From the NCBI GenBank assembly GCA_963765205.1, contig CAVXVB010000009.1, positions 32,001 through 96,000 on the forward strand: 64,000 bases of DNA, written 5' to 3'. The notes below the pieces were generated by a model. It was not told the origin of the DNA and ran no database searches. It saw only the letters and a program-made list of their open reading frames with translations. Position numbers and translations under genes: made by a program. This document shows positions 10,157-18,988 of this stretch, piece by piece. How positions within the stretch are numbered: position 1 is the first letter of the stretch; each line of letters starts with the position of its first letter. Source of the DNA: an uncultured Verrucomicrobiae bacterium (GTDB taxonomy: Bacteria; Verrucomicrobiota; Verrucomicrobiia; Opitutales; JABDGR01).

Positions 10157-11467
10157 TCAACCTTGTTTTACCCGGAAAATTTCTGTTTCGCAGCGGATGA
10201 TATGGGTGGTTTCGCGTTTGCGACTGGTGGGGGCTTTGGCCCAGGCTTCGCAGATGCTGACGTCCACGGTGGTATGCACGACGCTGCCGGCGTTCACGTG
10301 GGCGCAACTGAGGAAGGCGAATTTCGTTTCGTGAAAGACGCGCTCGAAGTTTTGCGGTGGGCCGTTTTCCGCCATCGGGGATGAGGGATCGATCACTTCT
10401 GTAAGTAGATCAAGATCAATTTCTTTCAAAATTGTCACCTGCCAAGAGAGGCGGAAGGTTGGGCGTTCCGTCGTCACGCGAATCCAGGCCAAATCGAGAT
10501 AAATCGTTTCCATTTCCACGCCGACGCATTGGCGGCCAATCCGCACGGCCGCGAGGGCGGTGGTGCCGGAGCCGAGGAAGGGGTCGAGGACGAGGTCGCC
10601 GGGGTGGGTGGAGGTAAGGAGGCAGCGTTCGACGAGGGCGAGGGGTTTTTGGGTGGGATGCTTGCCGTGGGTTTTTTCGTCGCCGCCGGGGGCGGTGAAG
10701 CGCCAGACGGATTTCATTTGTTTGCCGCCGTTGATTTGGCGCATGTGGGCGTAGTTGAAGGTGTGTTTGCTTTTTTCGTTTTTGGCGGCCCAGATGACGG
10801 TTTCGGTGCTGTGGGTGAAGTAGCGGCAGGAGAGGTTGGGCGGGGGGTTGGGCTTTTCCCAGGTGATGTCGTTGAGGATTTTGAGGCCGAGCTGCTGCAT
10901 GGCGTAGCCGACGGAGTGGATGACGTGGTGGGTGCCGGTGACCCAGAGGGTGCCGTGGGGCTTGAGGGCGCGCTGGCAGCGTTCGAGCCAGGCGCGGTTG
11001 AACTCGTGGTTGACTTCGGGGCCGCGGGATTTGTCCCACGCGCCTTTGTCCACGCGCACCATGCGGCCGGCGTGGCAGGTGATGCCGCCGTTGGAGAGGA
11101 AGTAGGGCGGGTCGGCAAAGATGGCGTCGAAGCGGCCTTCCGGGTAGCGGAGGGCGAGGGCGTCGAGGACTTCGAGGCAATCGCCTTGGTAGAGCCAGAC
11201 GCCGGCGGTGTCGTCGCGATGGACAAGGCGGAGGGGCTGGAGGGCGCTTTCGTGGAGGGCGAGGCCGGTGAAGGGGTCGCCGGCGAGGGCGGCGGGCGTG
11301 TTCCAGCCGAGGAGTTCCTCGTCGCGCCGGGGATACCCTCCTTCGTCCCGCGCGGCGGGACTACGGAGGGCAGGGGTCTCCTGGTTCGCTTTTTTGAGTG
11401 GGCGCTTGGGGGTATTGACGCGGGCGGGCCGCGGGGCGGGATTGGGCGAGGGCGCGGGCCGTGGCAT
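10157..11467 (-). CDS. Beta-class N6-adenine DNA methyltransferase, DpnA/M2.DpnII-like, with N- and C-terminal extensions
   Basis: IFADPPYFLSNGGITCHAGRMVRVDKGAWDK, ILNDITWEKPNPPPNLSCRYFTHSTE, NGGKQMKSVW, EKTHGKHPTQKP and VLDPFLGSGTT, closely resembling DpnA-type enzymes. Confidence 0.88.
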   Translation of the reverse strand: MPRPAPSPNPAPRPARVNTPKRPLKKANQETPALRSPAARDEGGYPRRDEELLGWNTPAALAGDPFTGLALHESALQPLRLVHRDDTAGVWLYQGDCLEVLDALALRYPEGRFDAIFADPPYFLSNGGITCHAGRMVRVDKGAWDKSRGPEVNHEFNRAWLERCQRALKPHGTLWVTGTHHVIHSVGYAMQQLGLKILNDITWEKPNPPPNLSCRYFTHSTETVIWAAKNEKSKHTFNYAHMRQINGGKQMKSVWRFTAPGGDEKTHGKHPTQKPLALVERCLLTSTHPGDLVLDPFLGSGTTALAAVRIGRQCVGVEMETIYLDLAWIRVTTERPTFRLSWQVTILKEIDLDLLTEVIDPSSPMAENGPPQNFERVFHETKFAFLSCAHVNAGSVVHTTVDVSICEAWAKAPTSRKRETTHIIRCETEIFRVKQG

Positions 11468-11475
11468 GATGGGCT

Positions 11476-11488
11476 GATCGGATCGATC
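11476..11488. promoter_or_regulatory. Cluster of three GATC sites immediately upstream of the MTase start (possible methylation-sensitive control)
   Basis: GATCGGATCGATC, with GATC at 11476, 11481 and 11485, 9-21 nt from ATG 11467. Confidence 0.45.
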
Positions 11489-11551
11489 AGGCCGAAATTT
11501 GAGGCAAGACTTATTTGGGGGAAGACTTTCTCAATTCGGGCAGATGTTTAA

Positions 11552-11571
11552 AACGCTCAACGTTGAGCGTT
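11552..11571. repeat. Perfect 20-bp palindrome made of AACGCTC-type heptamers
   Basis: AACGCTCAAC|GTTGAGCGTT; the same unit family occurs at 54061-54182. Confidence 0.75.
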
Positions 11572-11608
11572 GAGGCAACTGCAGTTTTTAAGTTGCGGCG
11601 TAAAGACA

Positions 11609-13109
11609 CTATCTGGCCGCGGGCGTCGTCGGCGGGGTGGGTGCGGGGGCTGATTGGGAGAGGGGCGTGAGGGATTGCCCGGTGGCGCGGAGTTGTTTGA
11701 TGCGCCGGGCTGCGGTGGGGGCCGAACTCTTGTCTTCCTGGTCCACTTCCGACCAACGGGCGACGGAGAACAGGAGCAGCCAGAAGCCGAAAAACACGGC
11801 GGGCGAGGCGAGCGGGAAATCCACGAGGGTGAGCGCGGCGATGGCGGCGAGGCCGGCGGCGGGCGCGATGAGAAACGACGCGAGCCGGCGACGCCAGAGG
11901 ACCCGCGCGAGGAGCCACGCCGCAGGCAACCACCAGATGACGGTGCCGATAGTCCCGTGCTCGGCGAGACTTTGCCAAAAGTCCGACCGGGCGTAGGCGT
12001 AGTATTGGCCGGCCTGGCTCCGCGCCCTGGAAAAAGCTGTAAATCACGCGGAAGGAGCCGGGCCCCCAGCCGAACCACGGGCGGGCCTGCCACATGTTGC
12101 GGGTGTCTTCGAGGACGCGTTCGTGCATGGCGACGCCGCCGGAGTATTGAATCCAATCGTCCAGCGGGTAATGGATGGCAATTTGCGCGGCGAGGCCAAA
12201 GAGGGCCACGCCGGCCAGCGCCCAGGCCAAGAGGGATATGCCGGGGCCGGAGCGCTTGGTCCGGCGGCGTTCCTCGCGCGTCTGCCAGGCAATCGAGAGG
12301 CAGCCAAGGCCCGCCACGAGGGCGGCGAGGAGGCGGTAGGCCGGCTCGCCGACGACGGCGATGCTCCCGCCCAGCGCCAGGACCGCGCCGAGAAAGAGCC
12401 AGCCTTCGCCGGCGAGCCAGCGCCAGCCGCGCTGGCGCACCAGCCAGGCAATCATGCCCAGCGCCGCGCCCAGCCAGAGGAGCGCAAACGCGCACCACTG
12501 CGCGGGGTGCGGAAAGCTGGCAAAAAACTGCGGGTTGCCAATCGGGATGATCCACAGGATGGTGTCCGTGTTGCTGAAATATTGCAGCAGCCCCAGGGCC
12601 GCCAGCGCGCCGGCACCCAGGCAGAGGACGGCCCAAGTGCGCGCAAAGACCAGGCGGCTGCGGCACATGAGCCAGGCGTTCAGGCTGGTGGCAAAAACCC
12701 CGGCGACCAACAACGTTTCGACGCCCGCCACCTTGATTTGGCCCTCGACGGGCACCCAAACCGACGGCAGCGGCAATAATGCCCAGGCTTTATTTTCCCC
12801 CAGGCTGACGGTGTGGAAGGGGGGAAAGAAATGCCCGACGGCGAGCGTCGTTAGCACGAACCACACGGGCAGCATCCAGAGCAGGGCGCGCCAAAACAGC
12901 GCCCACTGGGTGCCGGCATAACTTTCGCGGTTGGCGATGAGGAGGGCGGTGCCGATGAGGCTCAAGGTCGCGACGGCGCCGGCAAAGATGGGCGCATTGC
13001 CGCCGCAGCCCACGGCGGCGATGAGGCCCAAGGCCACCCAGTGTACGCGAAAAGCCAGTTCCGATGGAGTCTCGGTCAGCGCGGGGCCGTGATGTTCGTC
13101 TTCAAACAC
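11609..13109 (-). CDS. O-antigen ligase/Wzy_C-family polytopic membrane protein, with an apparent 1-nt frameshift near 12018
   Basis: Many TM segments, MWQARPWFGWGPGSFRVIY; removing one base gives QGADQAGQYYAYARSDFWQSLAEHG and continues into LVDFPLASPA (ORF 11609..11929). GTG start at 13109 is assumed. Confidence 0.75.
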
Positions 13110-13132
13110 GTCAAAAGGTGGGGGGGAGCGCG

Positions 13133-13960
13133 TCAAGCCGTGGGCACGACCGAGGCCGGCGTGGGTGGCACTTGGGCGGGTCGCAGGCTGAGGCGGAATT
13201 GTTCGAGGGCATCCCAATAGCCCGCGGCGTCGGTCTCAAGTATATTATTGTGACCGGCGCCGGCGACCCAGAGGTGGCGTTTCGGCCCGGGGTGGGTCGC
13301 GAAGAGGATTTGCCCGTGGCGGAAGGGCACGGTGTGGTCGTTGGTCGCGTGAATGGCGAGGAGCGGGGCGCGCACGCGGCGGATTTTATCGAGGTTGTTG
13401 AAGCGGTCCCAGGGCAGGAGCTTGAAATGGGTGACGACGCGAAAGGCGGTGAGGAAAGCGCCTTCGATAATCAGGCCGCCGACGGATTCGCGGCTGGCGA
13501 GGTCAATCGCGGGGCCGGCGCCGAGGGAGAGGCCGTAGAGCACGATTTTGTCGGGCGGGTAACCCTTGATGGTCGTGAGGAAGGAATAGGCGGAGGCGAG
13601 CGCGGCGCAGCAGCCGGCTTCACTCGGCGTGCCGGTGCTGGTGCCATAGCCGGGATAATCGTAGGCAAAGACGGCCCAGCCGTTGTCGCAGTAAAGGCGC
13701 AGGCGTTCGTCGGCGGTGCCGAGGTCCTGGCGATTGCCATGGCTGAAGAGCAAGACGTGCGAGGCGGCCGGGTTGGGCAAAAAGACAGCGGTAATTTTCT
13801 GGCCGTCGGACGAGGGGAGTTTGGGCTGGTTGGGCGCGTCGAGATAACTGGCGGGCGGCACGGGAAAGATCATGGCATCCGCAACCAGCCACGCAAACAC
13901 GACCAGCCCGCAGTAGCCGGTCAACACGGCCGCCAGAATCGTAAAAAACGCGCTTTCCAT
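13133..13960 (-). CDS. Alpha/beta hydrolase (ABHD17/BEM46-like), membrane anchored
   Basis: LLFSHGN, YDYPGYGTS, GLSLG nucleophile elbow, IHATNDHTVP and GAGHNN. Confidence 0.88.
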   Translation of the reverse strand: MESAFFTILAAVLTGYCGLVVFAWLVADAMIFPVPPASYLDAPNQPKLPSSDGQKITAVFLPNPAASHVLLFSHGNRQDLGTADERLRLYCDNGWAVFAYDYPGYGTSTGTPSEAGCCAALASAYSFLTTIKGYPPDKIVLYGLSLGAGPAIDLASRESVGGLIIEGAFLTAFRVVTHFKLLPWDRFNNLDKIRRVRAPLLAIHATNDHTVPFRHGQILFATHPGPKRHLWVAGAGHNNILETDAAGYWDALEQFRLSLRPAQVPPTPASVVPTA

Positions 13961-14127
13961 GAGGGGGATTGAAACAGAAAAATGCCCGCAACCCAAAACA
14001 AATCCGGGCGGGACGTGGGCGGCGGCGAAACAAAGGCCGGCGGGATTGGTTATAAGGGAGTGGAAGCTTGCGGGCTGGCGGCGGGCCGCTGATGATGCCG
14101 GAGCAACCACCCGGTGGGGCCGCGCCC

Positions 14128-14790
14128 ATGATCGAAATCAGAAAAATCCATTATTTTTATGCCGTCGCGGTGGCGCTGGTTTTTTTGCTGGGCCTGATGT
14201 TGTTTGTGCGCCTGGCCAGCCAGGTGGCCAAATCCACCGCGCCGCCGCCCGCACCGGTGAAGGCCGCGCCCGCGCCGAACCCCGCGCTCGCCCGGCTGGT
14301 GGCGCAAACGCAAGCGGACTTGCAGCAACTGCCGGTGGACTACCAAATCGCGCCTTACGTCCAGGCGGCGGCGGATTTGCAGGCGCTGCCGCGCGCCGAG
14401 GCGGTGAATTTGCTCAAGCTTTTCGCGGTGACCAAGGACAGCGCGAAGACGAAATATCTTTGCCTGCTGCTCTTCGACGCAAAAAGCCTGCCCGACCTGG
14501 CCCCGCCCTTTGCCCGGCCGGTGTCGCTCATTTTTCAGGGCGACGTGCCGTTTATCCTGCAGCGGTTTGAGGAGAATGGCGCGGTCGTAAAAATCCCCGA
14601 TGGGCGGACTTTTTTGAATTTGTGCCTTACAAAAGGCGCGTGGAGCACGCGTCATTACGCGCCGGTGACGGCGGAGCAACTGCACCAGGCCGTTGACCAA
14701 TTGCTCGCCTTGAAAATCTGGGCCACGCCGTTGAGCGATGAGGACAAGGCGCATTTATATGAGCAGGCGGGGGTGACGGCGGGGGGGTGA
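14128..14790 (+). CDS. Hypothetical protein with an N-terminal TM helix
   Basis: Host-like codon usage and a hydrophobic N-terminal segment; fills the gap between the flanking genes. Confidence 0.65.
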   Translation: MIEIRKIHYFYAVAVALVFLLGLMLFVRLASQVAKSTAPPPAPVKAAPAPNPALARLVAQTQADLQQLPVDYQIAPYVQAAADLQALPRAEAVNLLKLFAVTKDSAKTKYLCLLLFDAKSLPDLAPPFARPVSLIFQGDVPFILQRFEENGAVVKIPDGRTFLNLCLTKGAWSTRHYAPVTAEQLHQAVDQLLALKIWATPLSDEDKAHLYEQAGVTAGG

Positions 14791-14793
14791 GTT

Positions 14794-15771
14794 TTAACCT
14801 TGGGTTGCGAGCGCTGCATCCAAGGCCAGCCAGGCTGCGAGTGGCAGTTCTTCCGGGCGGGCGCGGGCGTCGAGGCCGTGCGCGGGGAGAGTTTCCAGCC
14901 AAAGCGCCAAGCTGGTTTCGAGTTTTGGGTTTCGAGTTGCGGGTTGCGGATTAGAAGTTTCGAGTTTCGAGTTTCGGGTTTCGAGTTGACGATTTCCGGT
15001 CACCTCAGTCGCTTCAGTGGCTTCCGTCGCCTCCGTCGCCTTCCCAGCCTGGCGCACGAGGGCGCCGATTTGTTTGCGGCGGTGGGTGAAGAATTCGCGG
15101 ATGAGTTTTTTGGTGGCGGGGTGGAACGCGCGGGCGTCGGGCCGGCGGCGGAGGCCGAGCAGCACGGAGTCCACTTTCGGTTCGGGATAAAAACATTTGC
15201 GCGAAACCGAGTGACTATCGGCGCGGGCGAAGGCGGCTTCGGTGAAAATGGAAATCGCGCCGCGGTCGCCGGTGCCGGGCGCGGCGGTGAAGCGCGCGGC
15301 GGCTTCGCGCTGGAGCATGAGCACCATGCGCTCCGGCAGTGGGCCGGCCAGCAGCGCGTCCAGCCAGGGCGTGCTGACGGCGTAGGGGAGGTTGGCGACG
15401 ATTTTGTAAACGCCGGATGCCGCCGCTGGATGGTTTTCCGGCAGGGCCGCGCGCGGATGTGCGACGGCGTCGCCTTCGAGCAAATGGAATTTTTCGGGAA
15501 ATTGGGGCAGGAGCGTGGCGCGCAGATTCCGGTCGAGCTGGCGGTCCACCTCGATGGCGAAGACCTCCGCGCCCGCGGCCAGCAACGCCTCGGTGAGCGT
15601 GCCTAGGCCCGCGCCGATTTCGACCACGACATCGTTCGCCTTTATTCCCGCCAGGGCGAGGGACTTGCGCACGAGGTTGCCCTCGGTGAGGAAATTCTGC
15701 CCAAGGTTCTTGCGCGGCACGACGCCCAGGTGCGCGAGCACGGCGCGGGTCTGCGTAGACGTCAAGGGCAT
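14794..15771 (-). CDS. rsmA: 16S rRNA m6(2)A1518/1519 dimethyltransferase with a low-complexity in-frame insertion
   Basis: KNLGQNFL, VVEIGAGLGTLT, KIVANLPY, MVLMLQRE, FYPEPKVDS, FFTHRRKQI and ARPEEL. Confidence 0.93.
   Translation of the reverse strand: MPLTSTQTRAVLAHLGVVPRKNLGQNFLTEGNLVRKSLALAGIKANDVVVEIGAGLGTLTEALLAAGAEVFAIEVDRQLDRNLRATLLPQFPEKFHLLEGDAVAHPRAALPENHPAAASGVYKIVANLPYAVSTPWLDALLAGPLPERMVLMLQREAAARFTAAPGTGDRGAISIFTEAAFARADSHSVSRKCFYPEPKVDSVLLGLRRRPDARAFHPATKKLIREFFTHRRKQIGALVRQAGKATEATEATEATEVTGNRQLETRNSKLETSNPQPATRNPKLETSLALWLETLPAHGLDARARPEELPLAAWLALDAALATQG
14914..15045. repeat. Heptamer (TTTCGAG/TTGCGG-type) and 9-mer tandem repeats inside rsmA
   Basis: Encodes ATEATEATEATEVTGNRQLETRNSKLETSNPQPATRNPKLETS. 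Confidence 0.8.
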
Positions 15772-15780
15772 GGCGGGAAA

Positions 15781-16692
15781 CTATGCTACTAAGGAATTAT
15801 TCCTCTTGAACAGTTCGATGGTATCCTGGCCGATTGCTATGTCCAAAATCTTTACTACAGGTCGACGGATAACCAATTCTTCCTTTGCAAGATGATGTGC
15901 TGTGCGAACTTTGACAGATTCAACTCTAAAACCTGCTTTTTCTGCCAGATCGCGAATTTTTCCATTTTGATGATAAGTTACTAGCCATGCAGCTTCTGCT
16001 GTCGCCAACGCTGAAAATATGTCAGATGGCTCAACATCGCAGCATTTATAAAGCCTCTTTCCGGGGCCCTCTCCATTGATTATGTATGGAGGATCAATAA
16101 AAAGAGCTGCTCGACTATTGGTGCAATAGACGCGCAATTGTTTTAAGCCATCTCCTTCAATTACTTTTATTCGAGGGGATAATTTTTTTAATGCCTTAAT
16201 CCTGTCACATAATGTATCAACGTACCAACGTGAACTAATGCCCTTTTCGTCTTCGCCATCACGCAGTAGACCTGCACCAGGGGCCATAACTCCACCGTAT
16301 TGGAAGCGATTACGAACCAAACATCGAAATGCAAGGGCAACGTCGTTATCCGAATCCTTACAAAGAACAGCCTCTACTTTTTTCCGAGTTGGCGAAAAGC
16401 CTCTAATCATGCTCGTTAAATTAGATGCAGATGAGCTAAAGACCACCCGCCACAAGGCAGCTACTTCAGGATCTTTTTCTACCAATACTACTTGTTTTGC
16501 CACTTTGGCGTCAGCCACTGCCAAACCTACGCTAGCACCCCCGGCAAACGGCTCAACAAAAAAGGTGGGCTGTTTGGAGAGGGATTTAAGCCATTCGAGT
16601 ATGTAACTACGCATCGCTGTTTTCCCTCCCGGATATCGAAAGGGGCTTAGCGTCCGCAGGTTTTGCGAGTAGTTGGGGCTTAGAGCAGACAT
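15781..16692 (-). CDS. Dam-family (D12 class, alpha) DNA adenine methyltransferase
   Basis: SPFRYPGGK, FVEPFAGGASV and LFIDPPY. Confidence 0.9.
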   Translation of the reverse strand: MSALSPNYSQNLRTLSPFRYPGGKTAMRSYILEWLKSLSKQPTFFVEPFAGGASVGLAVADAKVAKQVVLVEKDPEVAALWRVVFSSSASNLTSMIRGFSPTRKKVEAVLCKDSDNDVALAFRCLVRNRFQYGGVMAPGAGLLRDGEDEKGISSRWYVDTLCDRIKALKKLSPRIKVIEGDGLKQLRVYCTNSRAALFIDPPYIINGEGPGKRLYKCCDVEPSDIFSALATAEAAWLVTYHQNGKIRDLAEKAGFRVESVKVRTAHHLAKEELVIRRPVVKILDIAIGQDTIELFKRNNSLVA

Positions 16693-16704
16693 TTATAGCA
16701 ACGC

Positions 16705-17700
16705 TTAAAGATCAAGTCCTTTGCTGGCACCTGCTGCTTTAGTCCAGCTTTGGCATCGTTTTAAGAGATCATCCGGAATTTTGTCGGCGTGTTGAATAAT
16801 TCGACAACGGTCAAAAAATACGCCTCCATCTGAAGCATGGTCGTAGCGGTCCGTTGATACTCGAGCTGCAGTAAAGAACAGCTTTATTGGGGTAACGGCA
16901 AATGATTCAGTAATGAATTTCTTACTAAACGAATATGGGTCTAGCTCCGATAACCCATCACTCCAATGTCGGCCAGTTTTACATTGTCCGAATGCGATCA
17001 ACTTTCCGGGATGGTTATCAAAAAATTTCCGCCAAACAACTACATCAACCTTAGCGTCTTTGGGACGAATTCTCGCCCCGACGCGCTTTGGCTTAAAATC
17101 GCCGCCCTCTCCGAGGGATTTGCATAAAGCGGAAACGTTTTGCGCAAAAGCACTCCGTGTGCAGCCCTCTGTGTTTTCCCAGTTGAGGGTTTGGCGTGCT
17201 GTGCCAAAGAGCATTGATCCAACTCTGATTTTATCAGGGCCGCCTAAGTAACGAATGGCAGCATGCAAACAAATCTCCTCAAAAAGCTGAGTGCCATCTA
17301 GGCGTGCTTGCTTCTTCTCTAGTCGCATATCAAGTCGAGATGTCAATAGAAGAAACCAATACAGGAACTGATACGATTGACCGCCCCATTTTTTTTTAAG
17401 AATTAACAAGTCGTTTTTCAAGGAATACGGGTAGTATTTGTTGCAATGCCCAAACTCCAAGCCGCGTTCTTCCAATTCAGAAATTGCTTCTTCAGCGGCA
17501 TTTTCTGATGTTCGGTCATTCGAAACGCCACCATAGGTTTGGGCATCTTCAGATTCGTCTTCGCCATCTCGCTGGGTAATTTCAATGTAGTCCTGCTCTG
17601 ACGATCCAAGTAGTGGATCGCGCAAAGCCAGCAATTCTAAATAGTCACCACGCTCTTCTCGTGGTGCATGGCTAGTCGGTGATATTGGAAAAGCCGGCAT
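16705..17700 (-). CDS. Putative PD-(D/E)XK restriction-endonuclease-fold protein
   Basis: KDAKVDVVVW...LIAFGQCKTG resembles an Mrr-type D..QxK active site; GVFFDRCRI. Confidence 0.6.
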   Translation of the reverse strand: MPAFPISPTSHAPREERGDYLELLALRDPLLGSSEQDYIEITQRDGEDESEDAQTYGGVSNDRTSENAAEEAISELEERGLEFGHCNKYYPYSLKNDLLILKKKWGGQSYQFLYWFLLLTSRLDMRLEKKQARLDGTQLFEEICLHAAIRYLGGPDKIRVGSMLFGTARQTLNWENTEGCTRSAFAQNVSALCKSLGEGGDFKPKRVGARIRPKDAKVDVVVWRKFFDNHPGKLIAFGQCKTGRHWSDGLSELDPYSFSKKFITESFAVTPIKLFFTAARVSTDRYDHASDGGVFFDRCRIIQHADKIPDDLLKRCQSWTKAAGASKGLDL

Positions 17701-17712
17701 AAATCCGCTGGA

Positions 17713-18864
17713 TTATTCGTGGTGAGATTTTTTCGTCAAATCCCGTTGCCGACGCTTCATTGACTCTTCCAAATCTGTCGCCATTTCCAGTATTTTTTCA
17801 GAAAGCTTTAAGTCGCCTTCGTTTCCATCATACCCACTTGTAACGCGGGCTTGGGCACTCATAAGACTCGCTTTGGTTTTTTGCAGTGCTTCACGAAACA
17901 CACGTTCGTCACCCTTGCTTGTCTCGAATGCGATACTTAGGGGTTCACCACGACGAAGACATGCAATCGAAGATTCATTTTTTAGGACTTGTTCAAGATT
18001 TCTCAAATCGGGATTTTGAGACTGTATAACTGGTTGAATGTTGCCTCTTTTGTCGCCCCAGAGCCACAGGCAAAGCTCACCAAGATTTTTAATATTTCCT
18101 ACAGGCTCACGTCGCTCTGCCGAGGCTTCCGCGATTTTGAGAAACTTCGCATAGCCGTCATAATCTAATGCGGTCATAAGGTGAGAAAAGGCAATCCGGC
18201 CACGAAAACTCCATTCGCGATTATAAGCGCCTGATTTTTCTGCTTGTTGCAATACCATCAAAGCTCGAAAAAGTCGCTGGACAGTTTTATTTCGATCGCC
18301 AATCTGGCGAGCAATTTCATCCAAAGGGGTTTTGTATTCATTATGTACCCTGGCAATGTATTCTGCTTTTGCAAAACTGCGCCATTTGGCGGGCCCATTT
18401 AAATGCTTAAAGCCAACATGTCGCCAGAGCACCTTTCGGTTGTCGAAAATGCAAACAGGTAACTTTTTAAGTGACTTGAGCACATTTGGCTCTACCCGAA
18501 CCAACTGTGATAACCCAAGGGCCTGAGCCAGCTTTGGCTTAAAAAATGCCTTAACAGCAGCTAAACGACGATTCCCTTCGACCACGACACACTGGCCTTT
18601 TTCCATAACAGCAAGAAGGGGCTCGTAATCCCAAAACCCATCAGTCGCAATGGACATGGCTACTTCATCGACAGCCATGTGCTGCCAAAGAAGTTTGATA
18701 TGTTCATCTTCAGATAGCTTAGCGATACCCTCAAACTCTGCCATACGTGGATTTTGCGGGTCTAGTCTTAAGTCGTTCACGTCCATAGCCTTAACAAGAT
18801 GCGCGGGCAATTCTTCAGCCTTATGCGGCAAATCGTCAGTGGCAACTTTATTTGAAATAGGCAT
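17713..18864 (-). CDS. ParB/Srx-like N-terminal domain protein with HTH
   Basis: LRLDPQNPRM, SIATDGF..EPL, VVVEGNRRLAA and the HTH-like segment LDEIARQIGDRNKTVQRL; start MPISNK at 18864 is assumed. Confidence 0.78.
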   Translation of the reverse strand: MPISNKVATDDLPHKAEELPAHLVKAMDVNDLRLDPQNPRMAEFEGIAKLSEDEHIKLLWQHMAVDEVAMSIATDGFWDYEPLLAVMEKGQCVVVEGNRRLAAVKAFFKPKLAQALGLSQLVRVEPNVLKSLKKLPVCIFDNRKVLWRHVGFKHLNGPAKWRSFAKAEYIARVHNEYKTPLDEIARQIGDRNKTVQRLFRALMVLQQAEKSGAYNREWSFRGRIAFSHLMTALDYDGYAKFLKIAEASAERREPVGNIKNLGELCLWLWGDKRGNIQPVIQSQNPDLRNLEQVLKNESSIACLRRGEPLSIAFETSKGDERVFREALQKTKASLMSAQARVTSGYDGNEGDLKLSEKILEMATDLEESMKRRQRDLTKKSHHE

Positions 18865-18988
18865 GGGGCCCTCTTCGGTGGAAGACGGTGAATTGAATTG
18901 TCTTCTTATTCTCACACATCAAATAGAAATGGCGCAAGTTCAATCCCCTCCATGGCCTGTTAGCAGGAACATGCTGAATAAGGCGATT

